Source of the DNA: a virus
Length of the DNA stretch: 64,000 nt
IMG/VR virus record: IMGVR_UViG_3300045988_052681
Direction: 5' to 3' (one strand)
Part shown: in pieces, positions 32,522 through 43,929 of the stretch
How positions within the stretch are numbered: position 1 is the stretch's first letter
How the letters are laid out: the number at the start of each line of letters is the position of its first letter
Notes under the pieces: generated by a model
The model's database searches: none
The model's input: only the letters and a program-made list of their open reading frames with translations
Told to the model about the DNA's origin: nothing
Position numbers and translations under genes: made by a program

Positions 32522-33059
32522 GCGTATTGATTAATAAGTAAATAACTTACTAATCTATCAGCTGTGATACTTTGTTATTCTGATTTCTCAGTGTCCTCAA
32601 TCACATAAGCTTCGCCTGCTACTTCGTAAGGAGCTATAAACTCTTTAAAGAGTTCTGTCTGCCTTGCTACCATAGCTTTGACGTCATAGATTCCACCTTC
32701 AAATTCAATTTCACCGTTTTCGTTGACACCACTAGCATGAATGATACTATCAAACGTGTTAGTAAGCATCACAAGTTCAAGCAATCTTTCAGTTGTCATG
32801 TAATTTTGACCGTTAAGGATTACAAAGATACGATAATCTTGTTACACTTCAAAACGAATCTACTTAAATTTCAGGCTCGTAATAAGACTCTGCACATCTA
32901 GAGGGCTACGCTCTAAATGCACAGACATTATGCAAATACGACGCTCTGAATGCTTCTCTAACAGCTCTAATAGCTTGACAGCATCAACATCAGTAGATAC
33001 TGTCGAAGTTCTATCAGGCTGCCCTTCAGCACCTATGTTGCAATATAACACTCTAAACA

Positions 33060-34334
33060 TTAGAACCTAAATATCATTTTAGTTTCTTTGTTCTTCTTAG
33101 GAGTAAATTCTCGCCCTTCTAGTAGATTTAATAAATCAGAATCGGCTATAGTGATATAATCCTTACTACCAGTACTCTTGCGAAACCATTCTTCTTCAAC
33201 AGTTCCCTTGATTACTAAAGTAAAGACTTCCGCTACTTTATTCTCTGCCTTTCTAATAACTCTACCTATTCTCTGCGTCTTAGACGTAGGACTGGAATCA
33301 TATCCAAGAATAACGGCTACTGACAGTCCTGGTATGTCAGCTCCTTCATCTAACATCTTAGAAGTATTAAGTACTCCCACAGATGCTGATTTAAACTCCT
33401 CTAAAGTCATCCTTCCCTTCTTCTTAGTTTCTTTACTAGATAGTACCTTACCATACTTGATTTGTTCAGCAATTTTGATTGTCTTACTAAAAGTAATACA
33501 TTTCTTGTCTTGCCTATGCTCAAGTATCATATTTGTAAGTTCTATCTTTTTAGGATGCTCATAAATGAACTTCTTCCTTGCTTGCAAAGTCCTATTGAAA
33601 CCCATAGCATGAATTAGAATGGTCTTATTAAGAGCTTTCCATTCATCTGGTTTCTTGTCAAAGTCGGGAAGCATAGTTTTAGCTAGCTCAATTCTCTTCT
33701 GCCATTTAGTAGCACAAGCCATAGCAAGTGTAAAGTCATGACCAAAGAATGCGAAATGCTCATAGAATTCTCTGTTTAACTCATAGTATTTGTCTAGATT
33801 GTCTACTTCTACCATAACCTTATATTCCCTATAGGGAGATAGCCAGCCTCTAGCAGTAGCTTCACTAACATCTACTCTATCAACTACTGGACAATACTTC
33901 TTGATATAGCTATCCTTACCGTCTAGTCGTTCCATAGTTGCAGTTAAGCCTAAAATTATTTTATACTTGACTACTTCAAATACCTTTCCAAATAAATCAG
34001 AAGCATACTTATGACATTCGTCAAGTACTAGCAAATCACATGTCCACTCATGTTTCACAACAGAGTTTATTATTAGTACCTCGTACACCATTGGGACTTG
34101 CTGCTCTGTTAAATCACTAAGCCATTGTCTCTGTAGTGCATCAGTAGGTACTACTATTATAATTCTTCTACCAGGATTCTTAGCCAAGAATCTTTTCATA
34201 CACATAATGGCAGTTCTAGTCTTACCGAAACCGGTACAATAGACTAAAGAACCACGCAACTTATTATCTACCCAACGTTGAACACCAATTGCTTGGCGTT
34301 CATCTCTGCTTACGTTTCCGAATAAGTCTGCCAC
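33060..34334 (-). CDS. SF2 DEAD/DEAH-box helicase
   Basis: Walker A TGFGKTRTAIM, DEAH-like LVLDECHKY, motif III LGLTATMER, motif VI-like RIGRVIRKAENK. Confidence 0.7.
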   Translation of the reverse strand: MADLFGNVSRDERQAIGVQRWVDNKLRGSLVYCTGFGKTRTAIMCMKRFLAKNPGRRIIIVVPTDALQRQWLSDLTEQQVPMVYEVLIINSVVKHEWTCDLLVLDECHKYASDLFGKVFEVVKYKIILGLTATMERLDGKDSYIKKYCPVVDRVDVSEATARGWLSPYREYKVMVEVDNLDKYYELNREFYEHFAFFGHDFTLAMACATKWQKRIELAKTMLPDFDKKPDEWKALNKTILIHAMGFNRTLQARKKFIYEHPKKIELTNMILEHRQDKKCITFSKTIKIAEQIKYGKVLSSKETKKKGRMTLEEFKSASVGVLNTSKMLDEGADIPGLSVAVILGYDSSPTSKTQRIGRVIRKAENKVAEVFTLVIKGTVEEEWFRKSTGSKDYITIADSDLLNLLEGREFTPKKNKETKMIFRF

Positions 34335-34487
34335 TTGTTATAGGCTAAGCCCTTAATTAATAACTCATTTGAATCTATTACCTTGAACCCTGTTATTTAA
34401 TATTAGTAAATTCTCACAAGTTACGTTAAGCAGCTTATACCTACTACATAGTAATCTGGATTAACTGTGGTCAGCATCCAGAGTACA

Positions 34488-35330
34488 TTATAAAGTATAG
34501 CCTTTAGCATCACATACTAATTTAATTTGGTTCTTGCGAGTTTCCCACTGAGATATATGGAACTTCACTTCATCTTCCAAAGAATACAAGATTCTATTTC
34601 TAAGAACCTTTAATTGGTCAGTAGTTAGTTCTGTATACTTCTTACTCTTCAAATTAACCATAGAACGAAGCTGTGAATAGCTAAGTCCTTTAGGAGTAAC
34701 ATAAAGAGGCATTGTGGGCTTCAGACCTAGTCTTTCCTTCGCCACTTCAATCTTATCTCTTATCTGACCTGTCTTAGGGTCTTTCTCCACTAAGTCCTTG
34801 CTCTCTTGAGCAGTGAACCATAGACCTTGCTTGAGAATAAATGTAAGAGTAATGTGTTGTTTGTTGAACTTTCCCAGTCTGTCCAAACAACCTTCGCGTA
34901 CTGTCTCTGTTGGAATGTCTCCAAACTCTTTAGGACAGCCGCACATAGTTCCTTCGATTGGATACTCTTTCGGGTCTATACCGTCCTTATTAATATCCAA
35001 GAAAGAGACTAACGCCTCTAGGAACTTAAACCTTGGCATATGCTGCTCCTGTTCTAACCAGCGCAAGAACAATTCTGCGTTACAACGCTGACGCTGGTCT
35101 TTAATAATGTCCAATAGAACATAACGACCAGGATAGTCCTTGTTAGTATTATAGAGCATAGAATCACAATGAGCATAGAAACCACGAAGTTCTTCTTCAG
35201 TACAATCAACCAAGCGTTTCTCCTCTTGTACTAGAACTCCATTTACTTCTTGCTTACGACCCTTCCAAATGAAAGAGTTGATGTCATTATTCTTTCTATC
35301 GATAGCTGATGCCAATTTCTCTCTGAACAT
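34488..35330 (-). CDS. hypothetical protein
   Basis: 280-aa ORF. Confidence 0.4.
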   Translation of the reverse strand: MFREKLASAIDRKNNDINSFIWKGRKQEVNGVLVQEEKRLVDCTEEELRGFYAHCDSMLYNTNKDYPGRYVLLDIIKDQRQRCNAELFLRWLEQEQHMPRFKFLEALVSFLDINKDGIDPKEYPIEGTMCGCPKEFGDIPTETVREGCLDRLGKFNKQHITLTFILKQGLWFTAQESKDLVEKDPKTGQIRDKIEVAKERLGLKPTMPLYVTPKGLSYSQLRSMVNLKSKKYTELTTDQLKVLRNRILYSLEDEVKFHISQWETRKNQIKLVCDAKGYTL

Positions 35331-36563
35331 AGATATATCATATTAATTTTAGATAATGGTCTAATCTCGTTAATTTAGATAATCTTTTACAGTATAATCT
35401 CACCTTCTGGTGGTTTCTCATAAACAAAGTCTTCGAAATATATATCGGTATATTTATACTTCTCAAAGGAGTCAGTGATGGGATTATACCATGTGTCTTC
35501 CCCTGCATATACTTCCTTACATTTCAAATACCCGATGTCACCAACTCTTAAGAATGGACCTTCCCAGTTAGGACATCGGGTACACATTTTATATGTGCCG
35601 TTTGACAAATCTTTGAATGCATAGACTATATAACCACCAGCATCTTCCTTACTAGCTAGTAATTCAACGCGTATGGTATATTGAATCATCATTCCGAGCC
35701 CACCAGCTCATTTTGTCGTTTATTAACCCCACCGTCTTTATAATGCACACAACCATACTTGGCGAAATCACAAACACTGCGCTCAATACCTCTGAAACAG
35801 GGATATCTAGAACAGTCTTTGCAAGTTCTTTCGGGGTATTTGTACTTTACTCCATCTTTGTCCTTATCAAAACTGTCAGATAGTTTGTTCGCCATGTTCC
35901 GAATAGTAGTTTGCCAAGAATTTGCTATTTAATCAGTAAGGCTAATAATAAGCCTACACTAATAGCAAATCCTCCTATTGACAATGTAGTTAATCTCTTG
36001 TTCTTTTTGTTCATCTTAGCTATCTGCTCCTGTTGCTTACTAATAGCTTCATCATACATCTGCATTTGCAATTCTGCTCGTGCTAGTTGTTGAAGTCTTA
36101 TACTATCAGTTTTAGCATAGTTAGCAGTTAGTAATTCATAAGATGCAAGCTGTTTATTGAGTTCAAACCTCTCCAGCTTAAGCTTCTTATGCTCCAGAAA
36201 TATAAGGTTACTAGCCTTTAATTGCTGTGGAGTAATCACAACTAAAGAGTCATCTACCAACTTGGGATACATATTCTGCGAAGAAAGATGCATCAGAGGC
36301 AATAGACTGATTAGTAATATCAATAAGCTCCTTTTCATACCAATTATTAATGGTGTCTATCTTACCTTTAGAATTGGTAATGACACTAATTAGACTGTCG
36401 TTAGTAATTTCTAACTTCCTTACTTCCTTATTGAGCGAGTCTATAGCTTGCTCATATTTAGTGTTGTCAGGAATAACTACTGTGTTTCTATCCTTGTAAG
36501 CCCATGCTATACCAAGGCATATAGCAGCAGCAATCACACCTCCAACGAAAGCATCCTTAAATT

Positions 36564-37091
36564 TCATTTCTGAGACTGATAGTAGTTATAGATATCATAG
36601 ATAACATCCACTCTATCATTCTTAGAAGTTAATAAGGTATCCAAGCATGTACGTTCTTCATCAGATAGTGATGCTTCTAGTTCGACCATTTTACGTCCTT
36701 CTTCATAGATAGCCTTAGCTGTATCATATCCTTTCAGATACTTGCCAGGACATTGTTTGAAGAATGCTACTTCCTGGTCAAGAAGAGCATTAACTACACC
36801 ACGGTTAATCAATCCGGGGTCAGTGCTGTATAGAGCATGATTATGCAGTTTACGAGCCTTACCAAGAGCTATTTGAACTCCCATGTTCTCATCAAACTCA
36901 TCTTCTGGTTGACATACAGACACGCCAATAGACAGACATTTATCACTTAAGAGTGCATCTTCATCCCAGTTCTCTGTATCTGGGTCAATTTCAGCACATA
37001 CTTCCTGTGACAATGCAACCATTACGAACTTGCGTTCCATGCCAGTAAAATCAACAAAACTGTCAACTCTATACTCAACTCTTTCTTTCAT
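36564..37091 (-). CDS. hypothetical protein
   Basis: 175-aa ORF. Confidence 0.4.
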   Translation of the reverse strand: MKERVEYRVDSFVDFTGMERKFVMVALSQEVCAEIDPDTENWDEDALLSDKCLSIGVSVCQPEDEFDENMGVQIALGKARKLHNHALYSTDPGLINRGVVNALLDQEVAFFKQCPGKYLKGYDTAKAIYEEGRKMVELEASLSDEERTCLDTLLTSKNDRVDVIYDIYNYYQSQK

Positions 37092-37155
37092 AAACTTGTA
37101 GATTAAATGTTTCTAAATGTAATCTCTTTAGATAAGTTAATCTGATTTTAGGCAA

Positions 37156-37716
37156 TTACTTGCGACCTAGACCATTATAGAAATCAAGTATTGCATTCTC
37201 TTTACGAAGCCAAGTAGCCTGTTCCTTAGCCATATCAAGAATAGTACGGCTAATAGATTCTTCTTCTACTTGCTCTTTAACTAACATACCTTCATCCTCA
37301 TCCTCTCCATTCAACCATTGGAATGTAGCCCAATCACTCTCTTTTTGAGCTTGGTCTACAATCTTATTAATACCACGAGTAGTCTCAATCTCCCTATCTA
37401 CTGTGGCAGCAAAGGGCATGACTCTATCAGTGATTTCAACATTAATGGCTGGAACAGGCGGATATTGGAACAGAGCATCGTTAGTGGTTAGATATTCAAA
37501 TATCCAAGAATGGTGCAAATATTCTTCCTTAGCACGACCTCTCCAGTAAATACCTAGCTTTGGTAAACCCTCTACTTCAAAGTAATTGGCAAAGGTCATA
37601 TACAGAGCATGGTTGGCAAGTTCGGCTGACATCTGTTTTACCAACATCTCAACCATTACAGTTGATAGTGGGCAAACACGTCTAGACTTATCAATCACCT
37701 GCTCTGTATACTTCAT
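37156..37716 (-). CDS. ferritin-like diiron-carboxylate protein
   Basis: MSAELANHALYM...AKEEYLHHSWIFEYL matches the ferritin helix A/B E...ExxH pattern; start trimmed to MKYTEQ to avoid overlap with the upstream ORF. Confidence 0.45.
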   Translation of the reverse strand: MKYTEQVIDKSRRVCPLSTVMVEMLVKQMSAELANHALYMTFANYFEVEGLPKLGIYWRGRAKEEYLHHSWIFEYLTTNDALFQYPPVPAINVEITDRVMPFAATVDREIETTRGINKIVDQAQKESDWATFQWLNGEDEDEGMLVKEQVEEESISRTILDMAKEQATWLRKENAILDFYNGLGRK

Positions 37717-38510
37717 AGTAGGTTCAGCGCCTACGGTTTGAACTCCTTCGCTTGTCTTCTCCTGTATTGGATTTCCGTCTTTGTCTAGCATTCTCACGTT
37801 CTAACACTTTAAAATTGTTGTTCATTAAATAATCTAGGGGAGCTGCTAGCCAAGTAATATACTTAGCACATGTAATCTCATCGTCGACTTTAATAAACTG
37901 CGATTCCCTTACCTTAATAGGCTTATCAGTAGTATAGAACTTAGAACCTACACATTCTACCCTATCCTTCCTAATGAGGTATAGTTGTACTTCATATAGA
38001 AAGGAAGGATACACTGTTAGTTTAACGTCCCCAGAATGGTAGACAGTCGGGGGCGTAGGTTTTGCCATTCCAAGAATATTTAGTAACCTGGGACTTCTCT
38101 GTCTTATATTTACTTAATAAGAAAGGGATGTCAGATTGAATACATTTATGGCTAAATGTGTTCTTTGGTATAGGTTTGTTGGTCTTTGGATTCATTTTAC
38201 CAGTAGTAAAGTTACCACCCTTTACATACACGACCAGAGTTCCAGGAATAGGAATAGATTTAGCAGGAGCCGGCCATTGATAGCTCGGAGCAGGGAATCG
38301 TCTATAGCGTTTCCACAACTTACGTTCTTTAGGAGTTTTACTCCACACACTTGGGTCACGTGGTGTTACAGACGGCTGTCTTAAATGCTCTGCCACCATG
38401 AAAGCATCATCGGTCAAATCCTTGATTCTTAGTCTTTTGAATCTCTCCTCTGGAGTCTCTTTGATAGTTTCCTTCTTCATTACTGATAAGTTTAATGAGT
38501 TAAATATTAG

Positions 38511-38687
38511 TTATTTACCACGTTTAGTATAAACTGCCCCACAGACATTACATTTATAAAGCCTGTTGTCATAATCGAACAGCGTGTGAGTAGTATCTCT
38601 ACCACACCTTGCACAATTCATTAACTTAACAGATTCATACACCTTCTTCGGCTTATGAGGTGCCGTACCTTTCTTACGTGAAGCCAT
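38511..38687 (-). CDS. small zinc-ribbon protein (58 aa, below ORF-track cutoff)
   Basis: MASRKKGTAPHKPKK...CARCG...CNVCG: two CxxC pairs; fills an otherwise empty intergenic gap. Confidence 0.4.
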   Translation of the reverse strand: MASRKKGTAPHKPKKVYESVKLMNCARCGRDTTHTLFDYDNRLYKCNVCGAVYTKRGK

Positions 38688-41064
38688 AGCTTAAATTCCT
38701 TTAGTTAACTCTTCTAATCTAGTTACTTCTTGTTTGTAATCTTGAATATATTCTTTCAGAGACATGGCATCTGGGTGCTTACACTCTATTCTATAATCCG
38801 CTATTCTTTGAAGACATGCAGATATGGGAAGTCCATAACCAATTACTTTAAACTCCTGACGTTCTCCGTCCTTAGATTTAATAGTCTTTAGTATAGATAG
38901 GTCCCAGAAGTGTAAATTGTCACCTACAGATTCCATTCTAAAGTCAGCTTCTTCAATAATCATACTTGATTATCCGTAAAGTTAGTATTAGTTTAATCTG
39001 ATTGTTCTTCTAATACCTTACCTATTAGCCATAAGTATAAGAATGGTGATATGACTGGACATGTCATCCACCAACCTACATCCTCCTCTACGACTTCCCA
39101 GAAGTATTCTTCATCCAAGTCGTAGTATGCAAGCATGTAGTTCAGTACAATGTTTAGTAAGTAAGACACACCATACAGTGCGAGCACTATTAATATTACA
39201 ATCACAATTTCTCTTTCTCTACTCTAAATTGACAACATAGTTTCTGCAACTCGAGTATGACGGGTTCTAAGGTACTAACACCCTTAACCAACACTGCTCG
39301 TTGGTCTACCGTCCTTCTAGCTAAATGGGATTGGACGCTGGAAACAGCATCTTCATATCTCTTCTTAATAAGGTCTCTATTCTCGAAATACTTGGGAATT
39401 TTACCATGCAGATATATTAAAGCATCTAATGCCTTAATAAGTTCCTTATGGCTCATAGAAGTAGATATTCTGTCATAAATAAATACATATCTATCAACTC
39501 CGTCTGGAATGATATTTATATATTTATCAGTTTCAGTTCCTTCTCTTCCTACATGGTCTGCTAACCTCACAGTAGCAGAGAATCCGTTCAATGTGTAGTA
39601 CTCCGAATCTCCCTTATAATTAGTAGAAGTAAACCCCTTCCTCTTTAGCCACGCTTTTAGTTTGCTCAACCCTCTCATCTTGTTTAATCTTCTTTTCCAC
39701 CTTCCGAAATATCAAGTCTCCGTCAAGTGGACATCTACACTCCATAGTACAGTCACTGGCTTTAAAGTAACAGCCAAAGCACGCGCAACCACTGTCAACG
39801 ATTTCCACCGGACTACCGTTTACAGTGATAAGGTCTCCTGCCTGTAAAATGGGTATTAGTTCATCGTCTTCATATTTAAACCTCTGCATATCTAAAGTTA
39901 AAAAAGAAGGGCCAAACCCAGACAATCACTAGAGTAGACCTTACCTCATTAGAAGTAAAGAATAATCTAATAACTAATCTGAATTTGACCCTAAACGGCA
40001 GTACGAATATCGTTCTGCGCGATTAGCACTACATTAAATATAACGTAGCCTAAAGTCCGTTACCATAAACTGATAACAATAATGCCAATGCCTGGCATTA
40101 GGTGTGTTGCTAAAAGCAACGAAGAGGAGCCTACACCCCCCCCCTAGTGATATTCTGGCTGGAATGTCTATTCCATAACCTATCACCATACATAAGAACT
40201 ATTCAAAGTAGTCTGGGAACTTATCTTTTAATATTTCAGATATGTCCACGCCAGTCAGTTCAGCCATAGATAATTCTTCCAACATTGCGTCTTCAGAATC
40301 GTCCACACTACCGTCAGCGCTATCAATAAGATTGAGCAGTAATTGAGCTTTCTCATCAGTCAGCCCGTCTTGCGCCCATTTACTTACTACTTCTGCAAAG
40401 AACTCATCGAACTCGTAAGAAGTCTGCTCATCTTCATCAGCGATTACATTCTTCTTAGCAAACAGTTCTTTGATGTCTTCATCTGTAATAGTTCCGGCTT
40501 TATCATAAGCCGCGTTCAATGACTCTATAAGAGAGTCTTGTTCATCGAATGTCATTGTCGTTAACAATTAATGTTAAGAACATGTGAATAGTCTATTCAC
40601 ACCAACCCTCAAGGGCTTAAGATAATGTATGGTAATCAAATCACCATTACAGCAGTGGGGACTGCTTAAACAGGCATTTCACTCTCAATTATGCCTGTGG
40701 TTATGTTAGAATAAAGAAATTTACTTCTTCCAGGATATGAATAGATATTCTCCAACTAAGCCGGGATATCCTTCTTTGTCGATAACCTTAACGAAGAATC
40801 GTTTATCTTCGTAGTATTTAAGGATTTCATCCTTGGCTTTAGCTACATCATCATTCAAATCCATAACAAGACTAAAGTAATTGTTCTCACTCTTAGCCTT
40901 AATAAGTTGGTCAGTAGTATCTAGAAACCTCTTAACTAGAGTTTCTTGTGTCACCACTTCATTGTAAGTGGCAACTGAATATGCCTCGTCCGCATTCATA
41001 GATTCACCTTCCAACAATTTACCAAAATTAAAGATATTCTTCATAATAACTAATAATTGGTTTG

Positions 41065-41138
41065 TGGTCCAGACGAGATTCAAACTCGTGACCTTCCCTT
41101 TAGGAGAGGGACGCTCTATTCTACTGAGCTACTAGACC
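41065..41138 (-). tRNA. tRNA-Arg (anticodon CCT)
   Basis: Cloverleaf GGTCTAG/CTGGACC acceptor, GCTC/GAGC D-stem, anticodon loop CTCCTAA, T-arm ACGAG-TTTGAAT-CTCGT. Confidence 0.8.
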
Positions 41139-41146
41139 CCTTTACG

Positions 41147-41512
41147 TTATACGTTAATACTCCCAGTATGTCTGCCTTTTATTTTAACAGAATTAGCATC
41201 GATGTCTCCTTGTACATTACCACCAACCTCAATACTGTTAGCTTCTATAGAACCTCCCACATTGCCTTTAACTTTAACACTATTACCATGTACAGTAAAT
41301 GCGTCTCCGTCAATATCACATGTGTTGCAGTTAAGTTCTTTTACATTACCAGTAAAACTGATATGTACACTATCCTTATTCGTTTCAGATATTAATTTAC
41401 CATTTACGTAAATTTTACGCTTGATTTGTGAGATAGTGATATTGTCCTCTTCAATGTCATAGGACTCATTATCAATAAATAACTTATTCATGATTCTTTT
41501 TATCCAGTTCAT
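41147..41512 (-). CDS. bactofilin-like (beta-helical repeat) protein
   Basis: Repeating GNV.../ANS... hydrophobic-Gly pattern (VKVKGNVGGSIEANSIEVGGNVQGDIDANSVKIKG) typical of the bactofilin DUF583 fold. Confidence 0.45.
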   Translation of the reverse strand: MNWIKRIMNKLFIDNESYDIEEDNITISQIKRKIYVNGKLISETNKDSVHISFTGNVKELNCNTCDIDGDAFTVHGNSVKVKGNVGGSIEANSIEVGGNVQGDIDANSVKIKGRHTGSINV

Positions 41513-42111
41513 CTTCCTTCGTAATACTTAATCAGTTTATCAAATGCTTCAATCCTAGCATTGTGACCCTTCTCGTCATCGGGAGTCCACCAGAATGCCT
41601 TACCATACCTGTCTTTAGGCGCACCTAAAAACTCTCTATTGAACTCGGGGAACATGGCAACTACATCACATTCATCGTAGATGTTGATTCCTCGTTCGGT
41701 TCCAGCCATAGCATGCTCGATACAAAAGCACATTCCCCAGTATTCTGAATGGTCTTCAAACAGCTTCTTAGCTTTTAGTAAGATAGCGTGCTTATTGATT
41801 CTTTCTGTGTACCAATGGATGAGCTTATCAAAAGCTACAAGCCTATGTTTCTTCTCATCTACTGGCCACCAGAAGACAAGTCTAGCCACTTCTTCTTGTT
41901 TGACATTACCTCCTAGAAACTCTGGATTAAACTCCGGAATTAGTGTTACTAATTCATTATAAGAGGGAGGTATTCCTTCTTTAAACACTCCGTTGAATGC
42001 TTGCTTCATATAGTGGCACATACCACCATTCTTATCACTGCCTGGTTTTGTATCTTTATCATACAAGTCTTTAGCAGTCTTTAATCTTTTAATAATTTCT
42101 AAGTTAGTCAT
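41509..42111 (-). CDS. hypothetical protein with internal tandem duplication
   Basis: Two copies of a EFNxEFLG...FWW(P/T)xDEK(K/G)H...AFDKLI(H/K)(W/Y)Y module. Confidence 0.4.
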   Translation of the reverse strand: MTNLEIIKRLKTAKDLYDKDTKPGSDKNGGMCHYMKQAFNGVFKEGIPPSYNELVTLIPEFNPEFLGGNVKQEEVARLVFWWPVDEKKHRLVAFDKLIHWYTERINKHAILLKAKKLFEDHSEYWGMCFCIEHAMAGTERGINIYDECDVVAMFPEFNREFLGAPKDRYGKAFWWTPDDEKGHNARIEAFDKLIKYYEGR

Positions 42112-42131
42112 CTCTTTCCTTATTAAGTTAG

Positions 42132-42203
42132 TAGTCCCAGGCAGAGTCGAACTGCCATTTCAGGTTCCGTAGACCAGCGTTCTATCCATTGAACTATGGG
42201 ACC
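42132..42203 (-). tRNA. tRNA-Arg (anticodon ACG)
   Basis: Acceptor GGTCCCA/TGGGACT (G1-U72), D-arm GTTC-AATGGATA-GAAC, anticodon loop CTACGGA (one T-T mismatch in stem), T-arm GGCAG-TTCGACT-CTGCC. Confidence 0.7.
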
Positions 42204-42990
42204 ATACAGGAAGCAATTCCGATTTAACGGCCGCCCTTGCCAGTATCACGTACTGGGCTTTTCACGTGGACGGTCTGTCAGCATAACTCACAGTATTACT
42301 TACATGCTTCCTTTAAAGTTTAGCCTCTTCCAGCGCAAGAGCACTTATAGTCACTCTTCGCCATAGTACATCAAGTATAGCACCTGCTGACGCAAACCAT
42401 ATCTACGTGTAACCACGTTAGCTTCCGCTCTCCTGGAAAGCGCAGCATTGATACTCCTCTTGAGTTTATCGGCATCAAATAGCAAACCAGTCACTCCTAC
42501 TAATCCATTAGGCTCATCAGCGCAGATGTAATCTACTGCTTCAAAGAGCTGGGCTTTAGTTTCAGAGCTGTTCACCTTCTGCCATTTCTTTATTTCTTTC
42601 TCAAAGTCCATAATCAATTAAGTGCTTCGAGTTCTTTAGCCAATTCTTCCAGAGACTTACCTTCGAGTTCAGCGTCTTGTTTCTTAGCCATAAGGTCAAG
42701 AATCTTCTGACGCTTAGCTTTCTTCTCACTTTCAAGTAGACGGTCTTCCTGTTCTTGCAACTTAACATCAATAATGTGTTTTGCAATATTGAATTTCAGT
42801 TCAAGTTCGGTAGTGTCCTTAGTCCGGGTTTTGATGAAGCTTTCAGTTTTAGACTCTTGCAATTTCTTGTTAAGAGCAATTGCAATATTGTCAAGTTGAA
42901 TTAAGGGCAAATCCCACAAATCTTCAACAGAAAGAACTCCACGTTGCGTGTTGAAACGCAACTTCATTCTAGATGCTTTCTCAAACATAA

Positions 42991-43929
42991 TTATAGCATT
43001 AAATTGTTAATACGTTTATATTCTTCAAACACTTTATCCTCTGATTCTTCTCCCCACATACTGTGAATGAGAACACCATAAGCACAAGGCTGGTACACAA
43101 TAGGGTCTACTGCCTTCTTAGTGATTGTAACCTCTGGATTGTTTAATTGACCAGGAGGGCAAGCTACAAATAGCTCATTTCTACCTATCTTAACAGCATC
43201 AAAGGAAACTATGTTAGGATAGCTAAAACCCTTTACATCAGCAGGAAGACCAGGATTCTTGTTAACTATACTGGACAGCCTGAGTGTGCCTTCTATATCA
43301 GGACCAACAACTATATGATTATGTGATTCTATGTATTTCTTCAGATTGTTCAACATAGTTTCGCTGTCATTATATCCATAGTTGATACCTGTAACATAAT
43401 AATATGCTCCATTAGTACACTCCAACCCCAAATCAGAGAACATTGGTCCTTCACCATTAAGCTTGCGCTTAACTTTTATGATTTCTCTAATATTACGGTC
43501 AGGAATCACTCCAGTGTACTGTTTTAGTAGACCTTTGACAAGTTTATACTTCTTACAAACATCATCAAATTGTTTAGAGCCAACCAGAAGAGTACTCTCT
43601 CCGAATACCTCTCTTGCACGCTTTACGAAACTAAACAAGTTCTTAGCGCGCATGGCATCCAGAGCTATCTGATTATATTCCGATATTTTAGCTTGCAATA
43701 ACCTAGCATTCTTTGAGCTGCCCAGTCCAGCATCAACCAACGTGTTGTATTCTCTTACTAATGTATCTCTATTAGGAATATCAACTGATGTCTTGGAAAC
43801 AGAACGTAGATATTCCTCCATACATAAAGCAAGAGCCATAGCTATGTTGGACTGAATAGTCATCACCGGCACGTCAACCACTTCTGGAGTTATAACTTCA
43901 GAATCATTGCGTTTTAGAAATCTAAACAT
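42991..43929 (-). CDS. hypothetical protein, paralog of 45946..46812
   Basis: Shares KKYKLVKGLLKQYTGVIPDRNIREI and C-terminal GVLIHSMWGEESEDKVFEE segments with the other copy. Confidence 0.45.
   Translation of the reverse strand: MFRFLKRNDSEVITPEVVDVPVMTIQSNIAMALALCMEEYLRSVSKTSVDIPNRDTLVREYNTLVDAGLGSSKNARLLQAKISEYNQIALDAMRAKNLFSFVKRAREVFGESTLLVGSKQFDDVCKKYKLVKGLLKQYTGVIPDRNIREIIKVKRKLNGEGPMFSDLGLECTNGAYYYVTGINYGYNDSETMLNNLKKYIESHNHIVVGPDIEGTLRLSSIVNKNPGLPADVKGFSYPNIVSFDAVKIGRNELFVACPPGQLNNPEVTITKKAVDPIVYQPCAYGVLIHSMWGEESEDKVFEEYKRINNLML

Noticed and set aside
37724-38480. Chain of overlapping ORFs (38022..38480, 37724..38068, 37156..37797) suggesting programmed frameshifting
   Set aside because: Overlap with the ferritin-like gene disappears when its start is moved to an internal Met. 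The remaining 47-nt overlap has no slippery heptamer that I can see. Treated as ordinary overlap or a start mis-call.
40137-40144. C8 homopolymer in an intergenic region
   Set aside because: Could suggest slipped-strand phase variation, but it lies in a 3' non-coding spacer with no ORF to switch. Likely incidental.
40568-40720. Cluster of inverted repeats (GTGAATAG/CTATTCAC; ACAGGCAT/ATGCCTGT) as candidate terminators
   Set aside because: Hairpins are present but not followed by U-tracts on the transcribed strand. Possibly processing or regulatory structures, but the evidence is too thin to call them features.
41057-41395. Plus-strand ORF 41057..41395
   Set aside because: Overlaps tRNA-Arg(CCT) and is antisense to the bactofilin-like gene. 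This is an artefact of AT-rich sequence.
42204-42350. GC-rich 145-nt spacer after tRNA-Arg(ACG) as a possible additional tRNA
   Set aside because: No T-loop (TTCGA-like) signature and no acceptor pairing could be found. Contains only short CACGT palindromes.
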